In this document: positions 1 through 12,261 of the stretch, in pieces
Layout: every line of letters begins with the position of its first letter
Position numbering within the stretch: position 1 is the stretch's first letter
Assembly (NCBI GenBank): GCA_051313645.2
Contig: JBNRSN020000012.1
Span: 69,626,001-69,690,000, forward strand
Reading direction: 5' to 3'
Source: Centroscyllium fabricii
Taxonomy: Eukaryota
DNA length: 64,000 bases
Notes under the pieces: model-generated
What the model was told of the DNA's origin: nothing
The model's database searches: none
The model's input: the letters and a program-made list of their open reading frames with translations, nothing else
Program-made: the position numbers and the translations under genes

Positions 1-400
1 ACCTGAGTGATCTCCTGGACAAGTTTCGATCGCCTGGATTGGGGTCGGAGAGGAATTTCCCGGATTTATTTTCCCAAATTGGACCTGGGTTTTTATCCGG
101 TTTTTCGCCTCTCCCAGGAGATCACACGGTTCTTTGGGTGGGAGAAGGGTGATAGTGGTACAAAGGTTAGGGTAGGATCAGCAATGATCTTGATGGGTGA
201 GGGGGCGGGCTCGGGGGGCCGATTGGCCTAGTCCTGCTCCTATTTATGGGGTTCTTGTGTTCTTGTGTTCCTGTGTTCTTGTGTCTTCTGTTCTTGTGCT
301 CTTGTGTTGTGTTCTTGTGTTCAGCCATGAACGTATTGAATGGCGGTGCAGGCTCGACGGGCCGAATGGTCTACTCCTGTACCTATTTTCTATGTTTCTA
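1..400 (+). mobile_element. CR1-type LINE 3' UTR fragments with (GTTCTTGT)n tail
   Basis: Ends in the ggctcg..gggccga.tggcct...cctgctcct stem-loop, then an 8-mer tandem tail at ~251-320 and a second tail ending ttctatgtttctatgt. An antisense homolog lies at 18857-19022. Confidence 0.7.
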
Positions 401-640
401 TGTAAGGTCATTGATGAAGCAGCTAAAGATAGTTGGGCTGAGGACACTACCCTGAGGAACTCCTGCAATTATGTCCTGGGGCTGTGATGATTGACCTTCA
501 ACCACCACAACCATCTTCCTTTGCGCTAGGTATGACTCCAGCCAGTGGAGTGTTCTCTTTCCCCCCCCCCCCCCAATTCCCATTGACTTCAGTTTTACTC
601 GGGCTCCTTGATGCCACACTCGGTCAAACACAGCCAGTTT
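401..640 (-). mobile_element. Non-LTR retrotransposon RT fragment (CR1/L2 group)
   Basis: ORF 398..697 contains WLESYL..RKMVVVV..GVPQGSVLSPTIFSCFINDL. Same family as 22660-23670 and 40230-41515. Confidence 0.8.
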
Positions 641-1666
641 CAGAGCTGTCATTGATGGACCACAATTTGCCAGTTCACCGTCATCCTGACCCCACATTCG
701 GGGCCTGTTTCAACTATAGAAATTTAATTGCCATTTAGTGATCATTTGTGCAACTGTTTCAAAAAGTGATTCTGGTTGCCTTGGTTCCTGGTGCAATGAA
801 GCCCACAGCATTTATGTTACAGGACCAGTTTCAAAATACAGACAGTAATACAAAAACTGGGCTAGCTATCTATAGACTTTCCTTGATACTCAGCATGAAA
901 GCAGAAGAAATAGTAACAATCAACGACAGCAATGTGCCTTCAGTTACCATGGGGGGGAGAAAATAAACGTTGAACTCATACTTGTGTCCTGTAGGGATGT
1001 ACACTGCCTTGTTTATTGCTGGCAGCATCCGTGTAATAAAAATGCAGCACTGCTGTTGATGAAGCTAGTGGGAAGTTTATGATTTAATTTAATCTTCATA
1101 TGGCAAGACAAAAGGATAGTTAAAATAACCGAGGAGAATGTACATCGTTAACCAATAAATGTGTGGCCGGACAAGGCGATTTAATTGAGAAATGTTGCTA
1201 TATTTCATAGAAGGTGCAAAATAGAAACATGACTACTGCTTTTATTAAGTTTAGAAAAAAAAGATTTTGCAGTTCAAGTCAGAAAGGAGTCTTCAAATAG
1301 AATGATTTGGTCTTGCACAAAACAGATCAAAGAAGCAACTATAAAGCTATGATCCTGAAACCAATTTTCTTTTAATCAGAAAATTACTTTTTAGTTTTGA
1401 AAGTTAAATACTGAACATAGTCAAACTACTTTATGATATCATAAACCTTATGGGAATTCATAAAGAATAAGTTCCATATCGGATAAATTTTATTTCCAAA
1501 GAGTAGCAAAAATTAACTATATTTGGATTATTTCCTAGTAATACGTGGTCAATGAAAATGTTTTATCTTCTAAGTTTTAATGATACATGTAGCAGATGAT
1601 TTTGTTCTACATCCTATGCTTGTTATTACACTGCTATCTGTGTTGTTCCACCTCTGCTATGCTTAG

Positions 1667-1684
1667 CCTGTCTGCCACAAAGCA
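1667..1684 (+). CDS. ACAP2: Candidate 18-nt microexon (PVCHKA) between the BAR and PH regions
   Basis: ttag|CCTGTCTGCCACAAAGCA|gtaaga. Frame-preserving in a phase-0 intron, with TGC motifs upstream. No homology support recalled. Confidence 0.3.
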
Positions 1685-2416
1685 GTAAGAAAGGACAAAA
1701 AGTGTGATGTTATCTTTTGTATGCTCTTTAACTTAAAATATTGTTGGTAATAGGGGAAAAACATGGTGGACTAATACTTAGAGGAAAGACCTGAAGAAGA
1801 TGGCGAGGTCTTTTACTATGCCATTGGCAGTCAGCAGCTAGCTGGGTTAGGATGACTGGCTGACTGATTGACTGAAACATTTGTGAATGGCTAGCAGAGC
1901 TTTCCAAGACCAATTGGGGAAAGTGCGCTCTCTCATCAGCTTGAGGAGCAGTTACACTCTTGCTGCATAGTATGGGGAACTATGATGCCAGATGGAAGGA
2001 AACAAGGTAAAAAAATAAAATTAAATGAAGCTAACCAAAGCAAGTACTGTACTGTACTTCACATGTAAGGCAGCAGGGCCCCATTGTACTTCACGAAAAG
2101 CTATTATGCTTCAGTGACAACTCTGCCTAACAAAAAATAGAAGTCAGAGTGATTATAATTAGGCTAGCGTTGTTTGTTCTCTCATTAAGATGGTGATCCT
2201 TTAAGAACTTGGAAAAGCAAAATTTGATGTTATGACCAAGATTATTGTGGTAACTAATATTTCACTATGCATGTGTTCCAGCAACACAATTTTACATGTT
2301 CATAGGATGGCCGTGCTACCAACATTACTGAGTTAAACTATCTTTCGTACGTCATTTCTTTCCTGTCTGTCAAGTAATTGTTGCTTTTATATTTGGTTTA
2401 AAATCATACACTTTAG

Positions 2417-2529
2417 GACTTCTCCAGCGATGATCCCAAGATAGAATTTAACACCGACGCTGCCAATGGCATAGTCATGGAAGGATATTTATATAAACGA
2501 GCCAGCAATGCCTTCAAAACATGGAACCG
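2417..2529 (+). CDS. ACAP2: ACAP2 exon, PH domain start (DFSSDDPKIEFNTDAANGIVMEGYLYKRASNAFKTWNR)
   Basis: tttag|GAC...AACCG|gtaaga, 113 nt. Closely matches recalled ACAP2 sequence. Confidence 0.95.
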
Positions 2530-3059
2530 GTAAGATTAGATTTTGGTTTTAGAATGAAATACTCTTCTGCAGTTGATATGCAATCACAGTACAGTAAAGG
2601 GCATGTGGATAACATAAAATCGTTGATACAGTGTAAGTACACCTATGGTTTTGTTGATTATCATTTGTCAGTAGAAACATGAGAATAATGTAATATGAGT
2701 CCATTACATTAACTGATGAGAACATGAGAATTATGTTTCACAACCAAATGAAATAGCCAGTTACCAGATTTATTTCATCTTGCATGTAATGACGGAATAC
2801 AATACAAAATGGCCAAACATCAGATTTGGCTGTCCAAAATGATACTCTAGTTTTCCTTAAACATTTCCAATTAAACCTTTTATAATTTGGAAAATTTAAA
2901 CTACAGAAGCAGTTTATCAAACAATCCAAGGCTTACAATAGATCATGAGTGACTGATTAAAAGTTGGGAAATGCTACAAAGCCAGCTAGGCTCGAAGCGG
3001 TACACTCCCAGTTAACCAAGCTTGACGACAACTGAAACTGCTTGGAAAATTATGCTAGC

Positions 3060-4035
3060 CAAAAACAAGTAGACTCGTTCTATTTGGCTTGAACTTGTGT
3101 GTATGCAGCTTGACCGTGTCGCATCAAAGCGGAGTAACTTCTTTCTGAACATTCAGACTTCCAGCGTATCCGGAGCTTCTAGTGATGTTCATTAAGTGGC
3201 AGGTCTTGAGTTTTCTGGGGGGCCGGTTGTGTTCTCTAATTATTGCTGCTTCTCTTCTGAGAGGTGGCGGTAAGATATGTGCACGGCAGGGAGTCAGACT
3301 GTCGGTATTGGTTTCAATGCTCCTGTGATGATTCTCGGTGTCGAGTTGCACGTCAATGAGATTTGCATGTGCACTCCCTGCCCATACTGGTGCGCAATAT
3401 TCAGTGAGTGAAGAAACAAGAGCCAAGGTGTCTGTCTGCAAAGTGTGAGCATCTGTACCCCAACTTGTCCCGGCTAATTTGGAGATTAAGTTGATCCTAG
3501 TCTTTATCTTGGCAACCGTTTTCGTCAGATGTTGACATGAAACTACAATCCAGAGCCACTCCAAGTTAATTTGGGAAGTCACCATGCCTGAGTTAAGTCT
3601 GACCGAAGGGAGCATTCAGGCACTTCTTCGCATGCCAGTTCAAATGAAATGCAGAGATGAACACTTTCTGAGGATTTGGATGAAGCCGCCACAGTTCTAA
3701 TTGTCAAGTATTTTTAAGTCTTCTGCAAGTGTGCGTTACGCTTGGGCAAGAGTTGTCGCTTGGACGGCTATCACAAGGTCATCTGCATATCCAGATTTCC
3801 TCAACTGAGTTGGTGGGATATCACTGATGTAAATACAAAAAAGTGATGTTGCCAAGACTGAGCCCTGTGGGAGCCTATTATTCAGTTGTTGAGGTCTGCT
3901 AATCGTGAGATATCGCTGAACTTGTGGTTAGTGAGCATGACTGTTAGTAGGCCAATGTTTGCTTGCAGCGTCGTATTCTAGATATTTTCAGCAGAAGACC
4001 GTGTCTCCCTACCACATCATATGCTCCAGACAAGT
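3060..4035 (-). mobile_element. Vingi/ingi-like (I group) LINE fragment, degenerate RT
   Basis: KIKTRINLISKLAGTSWG...ALVSSLTEYCAPVW (ORF 3124..3615). Upstream LNNRLPQGSVLA and GYADDL motifs are readable on the minus strand. Confidence 0.75.
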
Positions 4036-4329
4036 CCACAGAGGCCACTGCTCTTTTATGCCCACACTAATACCCAGCTTCAATGTGGGTTGGGAGTACT
4101 ATTACCTGGTCACAGGAGTTCTGTCCAGGTCTGAACCCACATTGCTCCTTCAGGTCGTAATTCCCAAAGAGTGGCATGAGTCCTTTGGTTAACATCCTTT
4201 CCAGGAATTTGCACAAAACACCCAGTAATATACCGGCCAGTAATTTTTTGGAGCATCGGCTGGTTTGCGACTGCTATTCTGAAAGGATGTAAACAAAATT
4301 AATATTGTGAGGAACATAGTACAAAATGT

Positions 4330-4514
4330 AAAATCAAAACAAAAAATGCTAGAAATACTCAGGTCAGGCAGCAGAACTGACAAAAGGTCATTGACCTGAA
4401 ATGTTAACTCTGTTTCTCTTTCCACAGATGCTGCCTGACCGGAGTGTTTCCAGCATTTTCTGCTTTTATTTTAAATTTCCAGCATCTGCAGTATTTTGCT
4501 TTTGTAATACGCTG
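4330..4514. mobile_element. Penelope-derived fold-back insert (family A) with degenerate hammerhead core
   Basis: Inverted ends. CTGACAA-AGGTCATTGACCT-GAAA at 4377-4401. Flanking duplication TAGTACAAAATGT at 4317-4329 and 4515-4527. Confidence 0.7.
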
Positions 4515-4584
4515 TAGTACAAAATGTGATGGTTACTACAGTTAACTATACAGGTCCAACCAATCTTGCATAAACAAGAACTCT

Positions 4585-5152
4585 GGGGCGGGGGGAACAG
4601 GGCGGTTGGAGAAACATTGGCCTGGATATTAACAGGGGACGGGTTACGAGGCTTACAGCGGGGTGGGGGGGGCGAAGTTTTGGATGGGAAGTCCGGGTTT
4701 CCCCACAGGATGTGGTGTTTTAACTGGCCTGGAAGTCAGCCTGATTGACTTGCAAGGCACAAGACCAGTTAGATCAGATCCGCGACCCCAGTGGGCGGGG
4801 AGGTCCGATCTCCAACCTGGTCGTGTGGAGGGCCCCGATCACTGACCCCGGAGGGAAGGACTCCAGCTCCTCCTGGCCCACAAGCAGCGCTGTGACGGCA
4901 CTTATCTCCTCACCGAAGCTGCCCTTGCCTTGCTTCAGCTGCAGGCTTTCCCGAGGCCTGAGAAACTCTGCTTCCCACTAGAAAACCTAAATCCGAGACT
5001 TCTAGCCTCATTAACATTTAAATTGCCAACCCGCCCATCCCTTGTCCTGCCTCCATAAAACCCGGAAGTAGGCGGGTTGGGGTCAGGGTTCATAATTTTT
5101 AAATTTTCACTCCCCACCCATTTTATGTGTGCTAAAATGCTGCCCCCCCCCC
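4585..5152. mobile_element. GC-rich non-autonomous element, probably Harbinger-type MITE
   Basis: GC/CpG-rich block in an AT-rich intron ending aaaatgctgcccc, like the TIR of 41797-42622. The left TIR is not clearly preserved. Confidence 0.45.
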
Positions 5153-5459
5153 CATTAAGTCTGCAATTTAATCTTCTTTTGTAGAGTAATATTTTTGTGC
5201 ACAAAAGAACACCTATGAAGAACTTTCAATTTTGTACTTGAGCTTTTTGCCAGGTAATTCAAGTTTCTGGAAATCCGTGACCGACTATTTCCTTCAGCAC
5301 TTAATTTAAAAAAAAATCAAATCCTGTACTTAGAATGTGCATAAACATTTTACCAAGCCTGACCATTCACTTCCTGCCAAGACTTACTGTTTGTAAGCCC
5401 CGCCTCTTTGTCCACCCCTATGTAGTGATGGAAAACTACTGATGACAAAATCCCCCAGA

Positions 5460-6600
5460 TTAATCTGGAAAGGAGTCGATTGAGAGGTGGTCTGATAGAG
5501 ATATTCAAGATTGTTAAAGGTATAGAAAAATTAATCCGGAATATTACTTCAAATTAAACTGCAGGAGTAGAACTAGGGGACACTGGTATAAAATAGAGAA
5601 GGGTATCTTATGGGCAAATATCAGGAAATTTTTAACACCGTGTGATCAAGTATCAAATAAACTTCCAGATAGAGTAGTGGAGGCAAAATCTCTTGCATGT
5701 TAAATAAACAACTGAATGCTACAATGGAGATACATTAGGATTCTTAACTTTGTTTTCAAATCCCTCCAGTGCCTCGCCCTTCCCTATCTCTGTTACTTCC
5801 TCTAGCCCTACAAACCTTTGAAATCTCCGCGCTCCTCCAATTCTGGCCTTATGCACACCCTTACTGGGCTGGAGCGCTTCAGCTCTGAAGAAAGACTGGG
5901 CAGGCTGGGGTTGTTTTCCTTGGAGCAGAGAAGGCTGAGGGGGACCTGATTGAGGTGTACAAAATTATGAGGGTCATAGATAGGGTAAATAGAAAGGAAC
6001 TTTTTCCCCTTGGTAGAGGGGTCAATAACAAGGTGACATAGTTTCAAGGTAAGGGGTGGGAGGTTTAGAGGGGATTTGAGGAAGAACTTTTTCACCCAGA
6101 GGGTGGTTGGAATCTGGAACTTACTGCCTGAAAGGAAGCTAGAGGCAGGAACCCTCAACATTCAAGAAGCATTTAGATGAGCACTTGAAGTGCCATAGCA
6201 TAGAAGGCTACGGACCAAATGCAGGAAAATGCGATTAGAATAGACAGGGCTCGATGGCTGGCATAGACGCGATGGGCCGAAGGACCTCTTTCTGTGCTGT
6301 GAAACTCTATGACTCTATCCTTGATTTTCATAGCTTCAGCTGCCTAGTCCCTGAGCTCTAGAATTCCCTTCTTAAACCTCACCACCTCTTTAAGATGCTT
6401 CTTAAAACCTAGCTCTTTGATCAAGCCAGTCCTAATATCATCTTATGTGGCTTGGTGTAAAAATAAAATTTGATAACGCTCCTGTGAAACGCCATGGGAC
6501 ATTCTACTACATTAAAGGCGCTACATAAATGCAAGTTGTTGTTGTTGTAGGATCCCTCCGGATGGATGAATTCTTATGGGCCAAATGGTCTTCCCCATCT
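5460..6600 (+). mobile_element. Nested LINE 3' ends: old CR1, interrupted by L2, interrupted by younger CR1
   Basis: Old CR1 (5460-5740) resumes at ~6550. The L2 3' end (5745-5860 plus 6320-6547) ends ataaatgcaagttgttgttgtt. CR1 5865-6317 ends ctctatgactctat. Confidence 0.7.
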
Positions 6601-7024
6601 GTGCAACAGGATCACATAATTACAATCATACCTGTATTTATACATTTCTATAATTAGACGGAGCTTCATAAACTCCCCATACCGATACCCGCAGCATCAC
6701 AGAAGCATGCTGAGGAAAATTTGCGTTGTCCAGATTTTTCCATGGGCAGTACCGTGGGAGAGTCACTAGTATGTAGTAAATCTGTAGCGACTGCATGCTT
6801 ACTCATCAAATGTACCAACAATTTCAAGTCTTTATGCAGTGGGTTTCTGTCTCCTACGGTATATAACTTTTACTCCATGGTTATTGATCAGTGTACAGTA
6901 CTGACAGCAAATGCATATTTCTGTAATTTTACAGCCACATTGTGAAAATGTGAAACTTGATTTGCATCAAACAGTACAAGAATACTGAGTCTCCTCTGTT
7001 GGGACCTTGCGCAAAAAGGCTATA

Positions 7025-8385
7025 CATGTAAACAACCCTTTAGCCGAAAACCTCTGGACCGGCCGGGTTTCAGTTTTCGGATAAATCCGGTTTTTAGAGT
7101 TGGCCCCAGTGCGCATGCGTTGCCGTGTTTGCGGCCCAGCTCGCAGTCGGGGAACGGCTATCGGCCGTTTGGAGCGGAGGGTGGGCCGTTTGGAGCGGAG
7201 GGTGGGCCGTTTGGAGCGGAGGGTGGGCCGTTTTTTTCCTCAGCACGACATCAGGGTAGGAGCGTTTTTTTCTGCTGCAGCTTCAGTTTATTTGAGAAAA
7301 GGATCGGTTTTGGGACCCTTACTGTTTCTAGTATACATCAATGATTTGGACATGGGAGTAGGGGGTACGATCAGCAAATTTGCTGATGATACGAAAATTG
7401 GAAGGGTGGTAAATAACGATGAAGATAGTAAAAGGCTCCAGGAAGATATAAATGTAATGGTTAGTTGGGCAGAAAAATGGCAAATGGAGTTCAACCCAGA
7501 GAAATGCGAGGTCATACAATTCGGCAGACCAAATGGGGTAAGGGAATATACCATGAACAAAAAAACATTAGGTAGGACCGAGGAACAGAGGGACCTTGGG
7601 GTACAGGTGCACAGCTCCCTGAAGGTTGCTGGACACGTAAACAAGGTGGTTAGGAAGGCATACGGAATTCTGGCCTTTATTAACCAGGGCATAGTATACA
7701 AAAGTAGGGAGGTAATGTTAAACTTGTATAACACGCTGGTGAGACCTCAGCTGGAGTACTGTGTGCAGTTCTGGTCACCGCACTTGAGGAAGGATGTGGT
7801 TGCCCTGGAGAGGGTGCAGAGAAGGTTTACCAGGATGATACCTGGTCTGGGGGACTTATGCTACGAGGAAAGGCTGGACAGGCTGGGATTGTTTGCCTTG
7901 GAGAAGAGAAGATTAAGGGGTGACATGATTGAGGTATACAGGATCATGAGAGGACACGATAGGGTGGATAAAGGGGCATTGTTTCCCTTGGTGGGAGAGT
8001 CAAGTACTAGGGGACATAGATTCAAGATTAGGGGGGGGAGGTTTAGGGGAGAGGTAAGGAGAAATTTCTTTACTCAGCGGGTGGTGGAAGTGTGGAACTC
8101 CCTGCCTGTAAGGGTGGTGGAGGCAGAAACCATCGCAACATTTAAAAAATATTTGGACCAGCACATGAAGGACCGTAACATACAGGGTTATGGGCCAGGT
8201 GCGGGCAAATGGGGTTAGTATAGTGAGGAGTTTCCTGGGCCGGTGCGGACTGGATGGGCCGAATGGCCTTTATCCGCACTGTAAAGTTAAAAAAAAATAA
8301 AAAATGATTATGTTGGCGCAACCCTAGACTTCGGTTTTTGGAGCTTTTTGGTTTTTGGAGTTGCGGATAAGGGATTGTGTACCTG
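7025..8385. mobile_element. Tc1/mariner (pogo/Tigger-like) MITE interrupted by a CR1 insertion
   Basis: TA|catgtaaacaaccctt...aagggattgtgtacctg|TA imperfect TIRs. Internal 21-nt repeat ggccgtttggagcggagggtg x3 at ~7163-7232. Confidence 0.75.
7301..8303 (+). mobile_element. 5'-truncated young CR1 LINE with uninterrupted RT C-terminal frame
   Basis: GSVLGPLLFLVYINDL..ISKFADDTK..YNTLVRPQLEYCVQFWSP..FFTQRVVEVWNSLP, open to 8218. Followed by the 3' stem-loop and an A-rich tail. Confidence 0.95.
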
Positions 8386-8526
8386 TACTAGCTTATACTG
8401 CTTTACTTTGAGTATGCATTTAATCTTCCTGTGTTGTCAGATCATAGTTAGTGTTTCATTTTACTATTTTCATTTTTTCTGTTTTCTTTCTATGTCTTGA
8501 TCCCACCCCATTTTGTCATGTAACAG

Positions 8527-8547
8527 GAAAAAGACCCCCCACATCAG
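8527..8547 (+). CDS. ACAP2: 21-nt microexon inserting KKTPHIR into the PH domain
   Basis: taacag|GAAAAAGACCCCCCACATCAG|gtacca. Phase 2-2 matches the flanking exons. Long pyrimidine tract upstream. Resembles a recalled ACAP2 isoform insert WNRKKPDHIRRWF. Confidence 0.75.
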
Positions 8548-9689
8548 GTACCAACCTGTCAGCTGGACATCTTATCTGCTCCCCATTCCTAGCTCTGCAT
8601 ATTAGCTCTCACCTGTCTGCAAGTGTCCAGAGAACTTCGGGTAAACCTGGTTTAATCCATGGCCTATAAACTGGTCACTGTGCTGTCCTTTTTACAGCAT
8701 GGGCATTGTTAGCTTCAAATCAGAGGCAGCACTCTTTGCTTGTTTTGCCTTTCGCAATATTAACAACTAATCATCCTTTCTACTAACCTGCTGCACTTCA
8801 AGTTCTGACTGTGTGGTAAACTGATGGTTTTAATAATAAACAAAATGTTCAAGTTTTAAAATTCCATGTTACGAAAGTGTTCAACTAACGAACTTGATTT
8901 ATTTAGAAAAAAATCATTTACTCACATTTGTTTAAAAAAAAAAGACTTTAATATCAGTTTTGTGAAAACTAGGTTTTTTTTCCCCAAGTGTGGAACTTTG
9001 TTCTGTTTTAGTTCTTAAGTGAAAAATATATCTGGTTTAAAGTGATCACATTTCATTATAAAATGGAAATACATTTTCTAGTGATTAATCAATTTATGGT
9101 GCAATGGCGTGGCAGGATGAAGATTTGCAGGGATATAATAGTATAGTGGGTATGGTATTAGACTAGCAACCTAACTTTTGAGCATTCAAATCCCACCAAG
9201 ATAGTTTGGGAAATTGAATTCAAAATATCTGGAAATTTGTGGGCTGATGCCAGAAAGAATTGGCTTGAAAGTTGGTGGATTGTCGTAAAAGCTCAAGTGG
9301 TTTCTAATGTCTTTTCCCGCTCCTGCCTGGTCTGGCCAATATGATTCCAGACCACTCTATATGTGGTGGACTCTTAAAACCAGCAAGCAGTTAGAGATGG
9401 GCAATAAATGTGACCTTGCCAGTATCAACTACATCCCAACAACATTAAAAAAAAAAGTCCCCTTCATGGGATTCTAGTTTCAAAGTGTTGAGGCACTTCT
9501 CTGGAGGAAGGGAAAGTGGAGGGGTGATCACCCGAAGTAACGTTACGTACTTCTTTACCGTCAACACAAGTGGACACATGTCGTCGGCCTGCTGCCTTGG
9601 CTAGGGAATACTCAGTGTCAGAAAAAGGTGGTGGGGAGCAGGAAGGAGGGCGGCGGAAGAGGAAGAGGATCTCGCCCAGTAACTCAGTT

Positions 9690-10010
9690 GTGAAAGCATG
9701 TGTGTAGCTGAGACACATGGACCAACGTTCCTGGTTTGCGCTGAGCTAGCTGATCTCAAGTCAGTGTGTTATTTGGGGTGCTACAATTGGTGGTGGCACC
9801 TCAGGCTAGGGAAAAAAGAAAATCAGTTAAGTTTCTGCTCCTGATCACGGTCCAGTGAACTATGTTGAAAACTGCATATGCATGGGCATGGCCTGAGAAC
9901 AGAATTGGGTTTGGCTGTGGTTCCCCCTCCATGGTAAAATAGTACTGTGTCGGCTCGCACATGGCCACTTGAGATAAGTGCTGGTGGAGACGGAGTCATT
10001 GCCTTCAGAA
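9690..10010 (+). mobile_element. Old SINE-like interspersed repeat
   Basis: Shares ctgctcctgat..ccagtga and aattggg/aattgg..tggctgtg blocks with the antisense copy at 28700-29050. Confidence 0.45.
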
Positions 10011-10138
10011 AATGGGCCTACAAGAAGCAGTGGAGCAAGACTATTTTCAAAGCTGTCCAAATATTGCAGTCATTAAATGTATATTTTGTTTTTGTAGTAC
10101 TCCTCCCATCTACAACCTACAAGTTTTTCTCTTTACAG

Positions 10139-10190
10139 GCGATGGTTTTCAATTCAGAACAACCAGCTTGTTTACCAAAAGAAGTTTAAG
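10139..10190 (+). CDS. ACAP2: ACAP2 exon, PH domain (RWFSIQNNQLVYQKKFK)
   Basis: ttacag|G CGA TGG...TTT AAG|gtaagc, 52 nt. Confidence 0.95.
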
Positions 10191-10595
10191 GTAAGCAAAA
10201 AGTGCATTGTGTATTGGACATAAAATGTTGAGCTATCAGCTGCCAATTATTTAGTAATAAATCTTAAGTTAATGATACCAAGGTTCTGAAACATGGTGTC
10301 ACTAATACCACCATACAAATCCTCACCAAAAAAATCAGTAACATTGAAATATTTATAAAGACGACTCTGCACCAGTGTATGACTGTAAAGTCAGTCTAAT
10401 ATGTTTCATTGGCTTTTGTAATCCTGTTGAGCGTTACTGTTTTGGTTTCATGGCACCTGAACGCCATACAGTAATTAGTTTTAATCCTTGTATTTACTCT
10501 CTATTAGCTATGGTTCTATGATAGTGATAATCAGTATTGTTTAAATATTCAATCAATTTAATATAGCTGAACAATTTTTTTAAATTTCCTCACAG

Positions 10596-10696
10596 GATAG
10601 CCTCACTGTAGTAGTTGATGATTTACGACTTTGTACAGTCAAACCATGTGAGGATATTGAAAGGCGTTTCTGTTTTGAAGTAGTGTCTCCTACAAA
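10596..10696 (+). CDS. ACAP2: ACAP2 exon, PH domain (DSLTVVVDDLRLCTVKPCEDIERRFCFEVVSPTK)
   Basis: cacag|GAT...ACAAA|gtaagt, 101 nt. Confidence 0.95.
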
Positions 10697-11054
10697 GTAA
10701 GTGCCCACACATTTTGCCTACATTGTGAAGGACTATAATTATGATTCAGAATGTATATTGTGTGTCCCTCTGCATGCAGATTTATTTTGCAAGTTAAAGT
10801 TTGATTTTTAAGATCTGAAAATAGCCCTTTGGTGGGAACAAAAGGAAATAACACATGATTTTAAAATAACACATGGTGTTTTCAGGTTGCATATGATTTT
10901 TCTGCATGGTCATAATTTTTTATTGATGTTCAGTACCAGTTTTTGCTTTGTGCTAAAATGCTTTTTAAAGTCTGTAGTCACCAGTACTTTGTCATGTTGT
11001 CCATTATCTTCAAAGATGTAGGCTTAGTGCCAACATGGCAGAATAGTAAATAAA

Positions 11055-11148
11055 AACAGAAAATGCTGGAAATACTCAGCAGGTCAAGCAGCATCTGTGG
11101 ATATAGAAACTGTTAATGTTTCAGGTTGATGACCCTTCATCAGAACTG
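11055..11148 (-). mobile_element. Penelope-derived insert (family A) with hammerhead core
   Basis: Minus strand reads AGTT-CTGATGA-AGGGTCATCAACCT-GAAAC. GTAAATAAA is duplicated on both sides. Confidence 0.7.
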
Positions 11149-11413
11149 GTAAATAAAGCAGTTGGGTTTCATCTTTTTTTGTACTTACTAATAATATTTG
11201 ATGTACAAAATTGATGAAATATAAAGTTGTACTCCTGATTCTCATAGTTATCAATTGCTTCCAAGTTCAGCATGAAAAATTTTACCTTTTTTTCATGCAT
11301 GATATATTTTCAGTCATGGTAGTACTTGGACAATAGCCAAGACATCTAAATCTTGCTATTTGTTTCCAGAGGCTCCATAAATTTTAAATCTCTGCATGTC
11401 TTCACACTTACAG

Positions 11414-11525
11414 GAGCTGTATGCTGCAAGCAGATTCTGAAAAAATCCGACAAGTCTGGATCAAAGCTGTTCAAGCTAGCATAGCTACAGCATACAAAGA
11501 GAAAGGGGAAGAGAGCTATGCAGAT
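11414..11525 (+). CDS. ACAP2: ACAP2 exon, end of PH domain (SCMLQADSEKIRQVWIKAVQASIATAYKEKGEESYAD)
   Basis: ttacag|G AGC...GCA GAT|gtgcgt, 112 nt. Confidence 0.95.
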
Positions 11526-12261
11526 GTGCGTATACAGTATATTTTCACTTCTTAAACCTCATAGACTGCAGCGAGTTCAAGGAGAAAGCCTGCCACCGTC
11601 ATGGGATGGGCAGTAAATGCAGCCTTGCCAGCATCTTCCACATCCCAAGAGAATTTTTTTTTTAATTGACAAGTGGCCCTGTTTAATACTTTTACCTGGT
11701 GGGAGATTTGCAGGCTTGAGCCGAGCCATGCAATCATATATCTAATACTGACATCTCAATGTAATGTTAGAGGATGCTGTGCAGTTAGAGGCATCACGTT
11801 TGAGTATCACCTTTCTAGATCCATTGAGCAACGAGGAAGCCATTCAGCCCATTGTGCTTGTGGCAGTGTTAGCTCTTCAACCGAAACTATACACTAATCC
11901 TATTTTCCTGACCTTGGTCTAATTCTTTTTATGTTTTCCTTTTCAAATACTTATTAAATCCCCTTTTAACTATTGTTATCTCTGCCTCAATAACCATTTG
12001 TGGTAAAGAATCACATATTTTAACGACCTTCGGTGTGAAAGAATATTCGAATTAACTTCTCTTGTTTTTCGTGATAATTCTGAGATTATACCCCATTGTT
12101 ACCGATTGCAAAGAGCTGAAGAGAATGGAACCATAATTTCACCAGTTTTCCCTCCTACATAACTACCTTATTTTAGAACCAAATTCAAAAGCAATTCTGT
12201 GGTCACATTGGCATGGTTTTACCACAAGTTGTGATTGTAGTTTTTGTCGCAATAAAACTAT

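Noticed and set aside
6668-6765. Weak inverted repeat as a small MITE
   Set aside because: The arms are too degenerate to distinguish from chance by eye.
7100-8218. 372-aa ORF with N-terminal GRLERRV repeats as a novel RT fusion gene
   Set aside because: It starts at TTG, and the N-terminus is a chance translation of a 21-nt repeat in the MITE that happens to be in frame with a truncated CR1 insertion.
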